64,000 bases of DNA from Hyphomicrobiales bacterium (GTDB lineage Bacteria; Pseudomonadota; Alphaproteobacteria; Rhizobiales; JANPGK01). The notes under the pieces are model-generated. The model had not been told where the DNA came from, ran no database searches, and worked only from the letters and a program-made list of their open reading frames with translations. Both the position numbers and the translations under genes were made by a program. The stretch is from NCBI GenBank assembly GCA_031423895.1, contig JANPGK010000004.1, positions 10,561 to 74,560 of the forward strand. Direction: 5' to 3'. Shown in pieces: positions 37,834 through 46,521 of the stretch (positions within the stretch are counted from its first letter, which is position 1; each line of letters starts with the position of its first letter).

Positions 37834-40800
37834 TCACGTAATTGTGTTGAGGGGGATGGATTCGATGTGCCCTGAATGAGTCCATACAATTCGCGCTTCA
37901 ATGGGGTGTGGCGTGGGCAGTGTGTGCAGCAATAATTGCGCATATAGCGCCAATTGTGCGGCATATTGGGGGGCTATCCCGCCCGTATAGGCTTCAGTTT
38001 TAAAGTCGATGATCACATGGGCTGTGGGCGTGATGGCCAGCAGATCAATACGGCCAGAAATCAATTGTTGAGTGCCATTAACGAGCAATTCTCCTAAAAT
38101 AGGTAGCTCGGCATATCGTTGCGGCGCATTCCACACATCGGCCAATGCGGGCAGGGCAGCGGTACGGCGCACTTCAGTGATGATACCCTGCGGCGCGCCT
38201 GCATGTGCGTGTGGGTCAGTTTTGGTGATATAGGCCACCAATTGCGCATCATCGGGCAGGTTGGGCACCAATTCGAGCAATTTGTGGATGATGGTACCAC
38301 GCAAGGCTGGGTTTTTGATAGACAGGCTCCCCACTTGTGGGGGAGCTGCTGAGTGTAACGAAGCTGAGGGGGGTATTCTTTCTTCATATTTAGATACGTT
38401 ACCCCCCTCAGTCACGCCCAACAAAAAATTGGGCGCGCCAGCTCCCCCACAAGTGGGGAGCATAAGTAAAGTAGCCGCTTCACGTACGCTTATGCTCGAT
38501 GGCAAAATAATGCTGTGCAAGGCCGCGGGGGGGGGCAGTTGCGCATCACACTCAGCGGCAGATATGGGCAATTGCGCGGTGGGCACAGTGAGGGGCGCAG
38601 TTGTGGTGCGCAAGCGTTTGAAGCTGCCGTGAGGCGTTTCGATCACCTCATGCGTGCCACCCCATGCCTGCACTGCGGCGTCTATTGCGGTGTACCAAGC
38701 GGTAGGCATTGCGATGTCGATGGTGTTTTTTTCCAGTGCATTGGCTTGCTTCTGCCCTGCAGCACCAAAAATAAACACTCTGTCGCGCGCGCGGGTGAGT
38801 GCCACATAGAGCAGCCGCATGGTTTCAGCATATTCTGCGGTGTTGTGCGCGTCTTTTGCCGTGGTGAAGGCGGGCGGCGCAGCGTGTTTATGCACGGTTA
38901 AAATTGGGGTGTTGCACTGCGTAAACAAAATTTTAGGCGCTTTTTGCTGGCGATAATCAAAGCAGCTGTCGGCCAATATCACCACGGGCGCTTCCAGCCC
39001 TTTGGCATTGTGCACGGTCAGAATGCGCACGGCGGTGCTGGCTTCGCTCATTTCGCGCTTTAAAATATGCGATGTAGTGCGGATCCACTGGGTGAAGCTG
39101 AACAGATCGGGCACATTTTGTTCCTCAAATTTTAGGATCAAGCCTAAAAATTCATCGAGAATTTCATGCACATCGGTGCCCATGCGTGTAGCAAACGCCA
39201 CACGCCCATTGGTGTTGCTGAGCATATGCATGAAAAATTCATAGGGTCGCGTGGTGAGCGCCAAGGCTTGCAAATGGTGCAATTGTGCTAATGCAGCGCC
39301 CCAATGTGGCTGCTCATGTGCGCGCGCCTCAAGCGCTTGCAACAACGTGCCGCTGCGCTGCGGCGCAATCGCAAGGATGTCGTCTTCATTGAGGCCCAAT
39401 ATTGGCGATTTCAGCGCGCAAGCCAGTTGCAAATCATCCTGCGGCAGCAGCACACAATCGGCCAACGCCAGCAGATCCTGCACGGCAATATTGTCGGTGA
39501 GGGTCAGCCGATCTGCACCGCCAACCGGGATGCCAGCATCGCGCAGTGCTTTCAGCAGCGTCTCAAATATGCCCTTACGCGCGCGCACCAATATTAAAAT
39601 ATCGCCTGCGGTGATGCGACGCGGGGCCCCGTTTTTGCCCTCCACCACATGAGGCGCGGTGAGTAGGTCTTGGATGGTATAAATAATTTGCTGCACCATT
39701 TTATGAATGGCATTGCGGGGCTGCTGCGGCGCCGTGGCGGCCTCCCATGTGAGTGTAATTTCGTGCTTGGTGTCGGGCAGGCACAGCGGCCACACATCCA
39801 CACAGCCAAAACTGCTGCGGCGCTGGGTTTCATGGATCACGGGTGTGGCATCGGTGGTGAGCTGCTGCGCACGCGGGCGCGGGGCAAACACACCATCCAC
39901 AAGCGCCAACACATCGGGAGTGGTGCGGAATGAAATTTGCAGCGGCTCTTCATGCCATTCCAGCTGCGCATCGGTAATTTTATGAGCAAATGTGGCCTTC
40001 ATATGGGCAAATCGCTCTGGCGCTGCGCCTTGAAAACGGTAAATTGATTGTTTCTCATCCCCCACCACAAACACAGTGCGGGTTTTAGCGCGGCCCGCAT
40101 CGCCCACAAAAAACTCACTCGAAAGTTGCCAGATGATGTCCCATTGCGCATGGCTGGTGTCTTGGGCTTCGTCCACAAGAATGTGATCGATCCCCCCATC
40201 GAGTTTGTAATGCACAAAGGCGGCATCGGCACGCAGCAATAAATTGCGGGTTTTGAGCACCAAATCGTCGAAATCGAGCATGCGTTGCGCGGTTTTGGCG
40301 GCTTGATAGTGTTTCATCACCTCAATGGCAACCGTAATGGCACTGAGGCTGGCCTCAAAGGCGCGGAAATTATACACATGGGTGCGCAGTTCCAACAATT
40401 GGGCGATGCAGGTCTCATAAAACAGGGCATGTTCAGGGAATTGTGTCACAATGTCCTTGGTGGGGGATCGTTTTTTCAGCAGCTCGCCTGATTGCGTTTC
40501 CACCAATTTCATCAAACCCGCAAACCGCGTGTTGAACGACGATGCGGCCAGGCTTTCCCGCAGATATGTGGCAATTTTGGTGTCGTGATCCTTGCCCGTT
40601 TCAAAAATTTGGCATAGCCAGTGCACCATTTTTGGATTTGTCAGCGGAATATCGCGCAGCTGTTTTGCCAGCGTTTCAAGGGTTTGCGTGGGCGGCACAT
40701 CTAGCGTGGCCCGTAGCGCCAATTCAAGCGATTGCGTGGTGTGGTTTAACATGAAGCTGAGTAGCGCATCGCGTTTAGAAAGCAGCCCTTGCAGGTGCAT

Positions 40801-41376
40801 TTCTAGCTGCGCACTGCCCAAAATACTGTGCAAACGCTTTAAATCTGCATGAAATGGCGAGCCAATTTGGCCCGCGCTGCGATAGAATTTTTGGAAAGCG
40901 CCCGCCCATAATGTTTGTATTTGGGGTTCATCTAGCAGTGTGAAACTTGTGGGCACAGGGGCTTCAAACGGAAATTGCTGCAGCACACGCTCGCAAAATG
41001 CATGAAGCGTTTGAATTTTCAAACCGCCAGGCGTTTCTAGCGCTGTGGCAAATAATCTGCGGGCATGGCGCAATTGGCGCGAGCTGGCAGGCGCATTGGT
41101 TAGGGTTTCAATGGCAATTTTCAACGCGGCATCATCTAAATTGACCCAAATTTTGAGGGTATCAAACACGCGTGCGGCCATTTCAGCTGCAGCGGCGCGG
41201 GTGAAGGTGAGGCACAGAATTTTTTCAGGAGGTGTGCCTGCCAATAGTAAGCGGATCACCCGCTGCGTGAGCACGTGCGTTTTGCCCGAGCCTGCATTGG
41301 CGGCCACCCACGCGCTGGCGTTTGTATGCGTGATCCGCGCGATTTTTTGGGCGTGGCTGCTCAAGGGGTTATTCAT
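37834..41376 (-). CDS. addA: Double-strand break repair helicase-nuclease AddA
   Basis: UvrD-type helicase motifs (AANAGSGKTHVLTQR, VDEAQDTS, ..) and a C-terminal PD-(D/E)XK nuclease region. I placed the start at ATG 41376, overlapping the addB stop by 8 nt. The longer ORF-track start at 41532 would run 160 nt into addB. Confidence 0.9.
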   Translation of the reverse strand: MNNPLSSHAQKIARITHTNASAWVAANAGSGKTHVLTQRVIRLLLAGTPPEKILCLTFTRAAAAEMAARVFDTLKIWVNLDDAALKIAIETLTNAPASSRQLRHARRLFATALETPGGLKIQTLHAFCERVLQQFPFEAPVPTSFTLLDEPQIQTLWAGAFQKFYRSAGQIGSPFHADLKRLHSILGSAQLEMHLQGLLSKRDALLSFMLNHTTQSLELALRATLDVPPTQTLETLAKQLRDIPLTNPKMVHWLCQIFETGKDHDTKIATYLRESLAASSFNTRFAGLMKLVETQSGELLKKRSPTKDIVTQFPEHALFYETCIAQLLELRTHVYNFRAFEASLSAITVAIEVMKHYQAAKTAQRMLDFDDLVLKTRNLLLRADAAFVHYKLDGGIDHILVDEAQDTSHAQWDIIWQLSSEFFVGDAGRAKTRTVFVVGDEKQSIYRFQGAAPERFAHMKATFAHKITDAQLEWHEEPLQISFRTTPDVLALVDGVFAPRPRAQQLTTDATPVIHETQRRSSFGCVDVWPLCLPDTKHEITLTWEAATAPQQPRNAIHKMVQQIIYTIQDLLTAPHVVEGKNGAPRRITAGDILILVRARKGIFETLLKALRDAGIPVGGADRLTLTDNIAVQDLLALADCVLLPQDDLQLACALKSPILGLNEDDILAIAPQRSGTLLQALEARAHEQPHWGAALAQLHHLQALALTTRPYEFFMHMLSNTNGRVAFATRMGTDVHEILDEFLGLILKFEEQNVPDLFSFTQWIRTTSHILKREMSEASTAVRILTVHNAKGLEAPVVILADSCFDYRQQKAPKILFTQCNTPILTVHKHAAPPAFTTAKDAHNTAEYAETMRLLYVALTRARDRVFIFGAAGQKQANALEKNTIDIAMPTAWYTAIDAAVQAWGGTHEVIETPHGSFKRLRTTTAPLTVPTAQLPISAAECDAQLPPPAALHSIILPSSISVREAATLLMLPTCGGAGAPNFLLGVTEGGNVSKYEERIPPSASLHSAAPPQVGSLSIKNPALRGTIIHKLLELVPNLPDDAQLVAYITKTDPHAHAGAPQGIITEVRRTAALPALADVWNAPQRYAELPILGELLVNGTQQLISGRIDLLAITPTAHVIIDFKTEAYTGGIAPQYAAQLALYAQLLLHTLPTPHPIEARIVWTHSGHIESIPLNTIT
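38326..38461. repeat. Inverted pair of family-B1 modules, located inside the addA coding sequence
   Basis: GCTCCCCACTTGTGGGGGAGCTG..CTGAGGGGGGTATTC, a 19-nt spacer, then the reverse-complement module GTTACCCCCCTCAG..GCTCCCCCACAAGTGGGGAGC. The AddA frame stays open across it. Confidence 0.8.
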
Positions 41377-44300
41377 CTTCGCCGCCTTCATCTTCCTCGG
41401 CCAGCACACCCCATTCGGCAATGCGCGCCAAATGGTCGTAATCGGTGTAGCTCGCGATTTTCCCGCCATATGGTTTGACATAAAACGGGTGGGTTGGGGT
41501 GCACATGGCCTGCAGCGCCACATGCACGCCATCGAGAATATTGGTGCGCATTTGCGCTAAGGCCTCGCCTTTGCCCATGGGCTGCGATGCTTTTAGTTGC
41601 GTGAAATTATCGGTGAATTTGATGTATTCCAGTGCATGTATGGAAGTGAGTGTGCCGTTTTTCTCAAAATTTTGGGCATGTGCCATTTCCCCCAGTAGCA
41701 CCAATTGTGGATAAAGCCCCGCATTCACTAGTTTTGTGGCGGGCACAACCCCTGTTTTAAAATCGCTTATCACAATGCCATCGCTGCGCTGTTCCACGCG
41801 GTCGGCCCGGCCATGAATGGTGAATTTCTCCCCCATAATATCCCACTGCATGCGATACGACACTTCGCAGCGTACTTTATGCGTATGCTGGCGGCGAGCC
41901 TGTTCAAACGCAATGATGCCATCGACCACGCCATGTAATTGCAGCCGCCATAAAATCCGTTCTTTATCTGGCAAAACGCTGGTGTGGGTTTCAATCTCAG
42001 TCAATACGCTGTTGTGCAGCGCCTGTGTGTCGTCGCTCCACTGTGTGGCCGCCAGCTCAACAATTGTGTGGATGAGGGCCCCGCGAATGCGCGCATCGGG
42101 CAATTGGCCAATGGGTTCAAGAGGCTTCAAGCCCAACACATATTCGGCATAAATGGCATAAGGGTTGTGTAGCAGGGTTTCAATTTTGGTGACAGAAAGC
42201 GTTTTAGGCCGCAATGCCACAGCAGGGCAAGGGGTTGGTGCGGCAATGGGCGCAAAATTATGCGTGGCGTTGTGCGCGCGCACCTGTGCCAGCACTGCAT
42301 TGCCACGGCTGCGCCACGGTTCAAAGCTATGTGTGCCCATCACCGCCGAAATGCGCTGCAAAAACCGCGATGGCAGTGTTGGTGCGCCGCCCTCGCGTAC
42401 CGATCGCGTGAGAATAATGTGGTTTTGCCCCATAAATTGTGCAAAATCATGCGCTGAAAGCGCAATGCGCCGCTCTGGCATGGGCAAACCAATGGCACTG
42501 CGGAGTGCTCGCCCCAGCCACACATCGGGCATATTGGCTGGCGGCCACATACCTTCATTGAGCCCACCCAAAATCACCGTGTCGAATGTGTGCAAACGCG
42601 CTTCCAACGCGCCCATCACCACAATGCGGCTGTTGTGCAGGGGGGGCGGTAATGTGGGCGCCATGTTCAAAATTTGGGTGAGAATGGCGGGGTATGCCGC
42701 GAATGGGATTAAAAATTGCGTGGCTTGGCCAGTATGCGCATCGTGAATGGCTTGCAACACTGTGGTGTGAGCGGTGTCGGCATCATAGTTTAAAACTTGG
42801 CATGCTGTCGCGCCAAGTTGAAGACACGCTTCGCGGTTCGCTATCGCTCCTTCCAAATTTTGAGAAAATTTGGGGATATCTTCATCCTGTACAACGGGCA
42901 CGAGCGCGGCAAAAATTTGGGCAAATTGCTCATTGTAGGTGGCAAAAGGTTGGTGCGGATTATCGGCAGTTTGCAAGGCCAAAAATGGTGCAATTGCCGC
43001 CAAATAGCCTTCTAAAACCGCCTGCGCGTTGTGCCAATCCTCTAAGGTGAGTGATTTTTGCGCGTGGGTCAGCTGATGCGGCTTTGCACCTTCGCAGTGA
43101 GCATTTTGCCATGTTTCAAAATTATGAGCAAGCGCCGCATTCCAATCGCCAGCAGGGGCAATGCCGCGAAATAGCGCGCATTCCAGCGCGGTAACAGCTG
43201 TTTTTAGATCCAAAACGCCTTCAACCTGCACCATAGGGTGACGCAAAAATGCCAGTGCGGCTGCGGGAGATTGTGGCGCGGCTAGCGCATCAAGCAACAG
43301 GCGGGCGGCACGCCCTGGCATGGTGTGCAACAATGGCAACCCGCCAGAATCGGGCACATCAACTCCAAATGCCTGCAAATGCGCACACACGCGCCGCGCT
43401 AGGGTGCGGTTTGGCGTGATCAGTGCCGCAGTTTCATGAGGTGTGGCGGCTGTTAGGCGTAATTGCAGCGCAATGCTCAGCGCTTCCTCTTCCTCATGTG
43501 CAGCCTCTAAAAGCGTGACATGCGCGGTGGCGTTCATCAATTCTGCATCGCATTGCTGCACGCGCCATGAATGCCATTCATCGGTGGTGCTGGCGGGCTG
43601 CAAGGCATAAGACACAATGGTTTCGAGCAGCGGTGGCGGGGTTATACGCCCTAAAATCGGCACATCGGCAGGGTGGGCAATATGCAGAGTAGTGAGCAGC
43701 CGCTTGAGGTGAATTTGCGGGTGAGTTTCGGCCTGCCCAGCAGCGCCAATGGCCGCCCAAGCGGTTACGCTCAGCTGCGTGTCAAGCCCCGGAATGATGA
43801 GCGTGCCATATGGGCTGCGGGCAATCGCGGCCAATAGCTCCGCAGTGGCAGGCGTTGAGCCAGTGGAGCCCGCCGCGATGACGCGGCCAAATTGTCCCGC
43901 CTCAATGCGCTGCGCCATGGCATGGATGGCTTCATCCCAGGCCACAATTGGGTCTTGCAGGCTATGGTCCTGCAAAAATTGCGGCCATTGCTGTAGTACT
44001 ATGTTCAAAAAACCGAGGTTGAGCTCGTGGCTGCCCAAAAATTCGGTGGGAATCATGTCTGCAATTGCGTGCGCACTCACATGCTCAAGCGTAAGCTGGT
44101 CAAGCGTATTGGCCAAATCTTGCGCCAGCGCAACACATTCAGCATGGGAAATCTGTATAAAAATTGGGTCGTTTGGGTTGTGCCATTTTGGTGTGTGGCC
44201 TGCATTCACCGCCGCATATACCGCCTGTTTCCATTGCAAAATTAAGCGTGCCAGCACCCATACGCGCTGGGTGGGTGTAACCGTCGTTTCTGATATATCT

Positions 44301-44668
44301 TCATGTTCCAGCCCAATTTCACCCACATCCCGCACGGGAATGATGCGTGGCAAAATTAGGGCTTGCGTACCAGCTTGCCGCAATAATTCCAGCTCAAAAT
44401 TTTTGCATGCACGCCGAGTGGGGAAAAATATGGTGGTATTGGCGAGTGCGAATGGGCTTATGTCATCCTGAGGCTGCGCCGAAGGATCTCCCAGAATGTG
44501 AGCACAATCGGAAGGAGATCCTTCACTCCCGTCTTCGCTACGCTTCGCCGAGGCAAGTCGTTCAGGATGACAGCTGCTGTTGGTTTGCCCACCCAACACA
44601 AACTGTGCCAATGTTTCAAAAAACGGCCGCGACGCGGGGATGGTGTAGATGTTGGGTGCGTGAGGCAT
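41369..44668 (-). CDS. addB: Double-strand break repair protein AddB (alphaproteobacterial type)
   Basis: About 1100-aa ORF upstream of and overlapping addA. The N-terminus is MPHAPNIYTIPASRPFFETLAQ...FFPTRRA and there is a C-terminal PD-(D/E)XK-like region. Start ATG 44668 (ORF-track start 44719 lies inside repeat C2). Confidence 0.9.
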   Translation of the reverse strand: MPHAPNIYTIPASRPFFETLAQFVLGGQTNSSCHPERLASAKRSEDGSEGSPSDCAHILGDPSAQPQDDISPFALANTTIFFPTRRACKNFELELLRQAGTQALILPRIIPVRDVGEIGLEHEDISETTVTPTQRVWVLARLILQWKQAVYAAVNAGHTPKWHNPNDPIFIQISHAECVALAQDLANTLDQLTLEHVSAHAIADMIPTEFLGSHELNLGFLNIVLQQWPQFLQDHSLQDPIVAWDEAIHAMAQRIEAGQFGRVIAAGSTGSTPATAELLAAIARSPYGTLIIPGLDTQLSVTAWAAIGAAGQAETHPQIHLKRLLTTLHIAHPADVPILGRITPPPLLETIVSYALQPASTTDEWHSWRVQQCDAELMNATAHVTLLEAAHEEEEALSIALQLRLTAATPHETAALITPNRTLARRVCAHLQAFGVDVPDSGGLPLLHTMPGRAARLLLDALAAPQSPAAALAFLRHPMVQVEGVLDLKTAVTALECALFRGIAPAGDWNAALAHNFETWQNAHCEGAKPHQLTHAQKSLTLEDWHNAQAVLEGYLAAIAPFLALQTADNPHQPFATYNEQFAQIFAALVPVVQDEDIPKFSQNLEGAIANREACLQLGATACQVLNYDADTAHTTVLQAIHDAHTGQATQFLIPFAAYPAILTQILNMAPTLPPPLHNSRIVVMGALEARLHTFDTVILGGLNEGMWPPANMPDVWLGRALRSAIGLPMPERRIALSAHDFAQFMGQNHIILTRSVREGGAPTLPSRFLQRISAVMGTHSFEPWRSRGNAVLAQVRAHNATHNFAPIAAPTPCPAVALRPKTLSVTKIETLLHNPYAIYAEYVLGLKPLEPIGQLPDARIRGALIHTIVELAATQWSDDTQALHNSVLTEIETHTSVLPDKERILWRLQLHGVVDGIIAFEQARRQHTHKVRCEVSYRMQWDIMGEKFTIHGRADRVEQRSDGIVISDFKTGVVPATKLVNAGLYPQLVLLGEMAHAQNFEKNGTLTSIHALEYIKFTDNFTQLKASQPMGKGEALAQMRTNILDGVHVALQAMCTPTHPFYVKPYGGKIASYTDYDHLARIAEWGVLAEEDEGGEDE
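42792..42873. repeat. Family-D structured repeat, copy D2, inside the addB coding sequence
   Basis: Hairpin 1 is AAAACTTGG-N12-CCAAGTT. The core is ACGCTTCGCGGTTCGCTATCGCTCC. Hairpin 2 is CCAAATTTT-GAG-AAAATTTGG. Confidence 0.7.
44462..44571. repeat. Family-A palindromic repeat, copy 3, inside the addB coding sequence (N-terminal region)
   Basis: GTCATCCTGAGGCTGCGCCGAAGGATCTC...GGAGATCCTTCAC...TTCAGGATGAC, with perfect 10-bp terminal inverted repeats. Confidence 0.75.
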
Positions 44669-44697
44669 GTGGTTTTCACGTCCATAATACGTCATGG

Positions 44698-44786
44698 TCG
44701 GGCTAGTAGACCCGACCATCTTCTTTTAAAGTAGATCCTCGGCCATCCGCTTTCGCCCGAAAGCGGGCTACAGCGAGACAAGCGCC
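44698..44786. repeat. Family-C repeat, copy 2 (inverted relative to copy 1), immediately upstream of addB
   Basis: The reverse complement reads GTCATCCTCAGG...GAGGATCTACTTTAAA..GATGGTCGGGTCTACTAGCCCGAC, matching 12736..12803 apart from a larger internal hairpin segment. Confidence 0.7.
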
Positions 44787-44811
44787 TGAGGATGACACTA
44801 TAAAACGCGAA

Positions 44812-45402
44812 TTATACAATCTGTGCCACTTGCTCAAAGCTGAGGCGTGGGCCACGTGGGTGCATGTTTTCAGCATCACCATAGCCAATATTGCAAATAT
44901 AGTTCGATTTCAGCCCAGTGCCTTTGAAGAATAATTTATCCACGGCGGCGTTATCAAAGCCCGACATTGGGCCGCAATCGAGCCCCAAAGCGCGCGCAGC
45001 AAGGATGAAATACCCACCCTGCATCGAGCCATTGCGGAAGGCCGTTTCATGTGCGGCGGCGGTATCGTTCACATACCAGCTTTTGGCGTCTACATATGGG
45101 AACAATGTGGGTAAATGCTCAAAAAAGTTCATGTCGAATGAGATGATGGCGGTGATCGGTGCATCAATAGTTTGTTGGCGATTGCCTTCCATCAGCGCGG
45201 GCAATAATTTATTTTTACTGCGTTTGGTTTTGAGAAATGTAATGCGGATGGGCGAGCAGTTCACACTGGTGGGCGCCAAGTTCACATATTCCACCAAGCG
45301 GCGCAATGTGGCTTCTTTGACCGATTTTTTCTTCCAATGTTTGAAACTGCGCGCTTCTGTAAATAGGGTTTCAAATGCTTTTGCGCTAAGTGGTTTTGCC
45401 AT
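44812..45402 (-). CDS. Nitroreductase-family protein (RutE/malonic semialdehyde reductase-like)
   Basis: 196-aa ORF. The N-terminus ..FTEARSFKHWKKKSV..LAPTSVNCSPIRITF.. is typical of the RutE-like nitroreductase subfamily. Confidence 0.75.
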   Translation of the reverse strand: MAKPLSAKAFETLFTEARSFKHWKKKSVKEATLRRLVEYVNLAPTSVNCSPIRITFLKTKRSKNKLLPALMEGNRQQTIDAPITAIISFDMNFFEHLPTLFPYVDAKSWYVNDTAAAHETAFRNGSMQGGYFILAARALGLDCGPMSGFDNAAVDKLFFKGTGLKSNYICNIGYGDAENMHPRGPRLSFEQVAQIV

Positions 45403-45426
45403 TTTAGGCTCCTTTTGGGGGTTGAA

Positions 45427-45996
45427 TTATATTGCTTCTACTTCCAGCACGTCGGGCAAGAAGTGACGCAGCAAGTTTTGAATGCCGCTTTTCAGCGTGA
45501 GTGTGGAGGATGGACACCCCGCACAGCTGCCACGCATGTGTAAATACACGATTCCATTGCGAAAGCCACGGAAAGAAATATCGCCACCATCTTGCGCCAC
45601 AGCAGGGCGAATGCGGGTTTCGAGCAGGTCTTTAATCGCGGCAACAGTATCTGCATCCTTGGGTTCAAAAAATTCTTCGCTTTCATCGAGCGTGCCCGTG
45701 GTGGGGGCTTCTCCCGCAAATAATGGTGCTTTGGAGAGGAAATGCTCCATCATTAACCCTAAAATTGCGGGTTTCAGGTGCGGCCATTCCATATCATCGG
45801 TTTTGGTGACCGAGATAAAATCTCCGCCATACATCACGCCTTTCACGCCCGTGATGCTGAACAACGCCACCGCCAGCGGCGAAGCTTGTGCGGCTTCAGC
45901 CGAGTTGAAATCGCGCACGCCCGCGCCCAACACATCCACACCAGGAACGAATTTAAGCGTGGCAGGGTTTGGGGTGGTTTCGGTTTGAATGAACAT
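45427..45996 (-). CDS. NifU/Nfu-type Fe-S cluster assembly protein
   Basis: N-terminal Nfu_N domain (MFIQTETTPNPATLKFVPG) and a C-terminal CXXC motif (MRGSCAGCPSS). Confidence 0.85.
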   Translation of the reverse strand: MFIQTETTPNPATLKFVPGVDVLGAGVRDFNSAEAAQASPLAVALFSITGVKGVMYGGDFISVTKTDDMEWPHLKPAILGLMMEHFLSKAPLFAGEAPTTGTLDESEEFFEPKDADTVAAIKDLLETRIRPAVAQDGGDISFRGFRNGIVYLHMRGSCAGCPSSTLTLKSGIQNLLRHFLPDVLEVEAI

Positions 45997-46064
45997 GGGG
46001 GTCTCGCATCAATACCATGCTATATAGGCACAGCTGATGTGAGACGCAAGTGCAGAGTATGGAG

Positions 46065-46478
46065 TTACGATATGGTTTTGTCCTGAGGCGGGCGATTGGA
46101 ATGCCAGTAGGCTGTGAGCGCCGCAATAAGCGGAATGAATACTTTTGCGGCTTTGAGAGTGGTAATTTTAGCAGCGAGTTTCTCTAAAACTTCCTGAGCG
46201 CGGGTAATTTTGAGAGGAATATCATCAAGTTTTTTAATAGCGTTACCTCCAGCGACCTTAACGCCATTAAGCGAGTTCCCTTTTATGTCTCCAGTGATTT
46301 GTTTATCAAATGTTTTTTCTAGAGTCTGTTCATATATTTTCTGAAGAGCAGGAATTTTTTCAGCGTATTGTTTTACTACAGTTGTTGCATCAGATAGTGC
46401 TTTTTGTGAATATCCATAAAAACTTGGGAAAACGCCACCGTTTTTGATATATTTAATTAAAGTATCTTCGATCTTCAT
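46065..46478 (-). CDS. Hypothetical protein, low-GC orphan with a C-terminal hydrophobic anchor
   Basis: Start ATG 46478 has GGAG 7 nt upstream; the ORF-track start at 46490 is a TTG inside that RBS. I recognise no family. The C-terminus is ..LKAAKVFIPLIAALTAYW followed by a polar tail. Confidence 0.45.
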   Translation of the reverse strand: MKIEDTLIKYIKNGGVFPSFYGYSQKALSDATTVVKQYAEKIPALQKIYEQTLEKTFDKQITGDIKGNSLNGVKVAGGNAIKKLDDIPLKITRAQEVLEKLAAKITTLKAAKVFIPLIAALTAYWHSNRPPQDKTIS

Positions 46479-46521
46479 TATAATCTCCAATATTACAAAT
46501 ATTGGATCTTACATAGACTAT

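Noticed and set aside
41377-41532. N-terminal 52-codon extension of the addA ORF in the track (start 41532).
   Set aside because: The extension overlaps the conserved 3' end of addB in another frame and has no similarity to AddA. ATG 41376 gives the canonical MNN..ANAGSGKTH N-terminus and a typical 8-nt addB/addA overlap.
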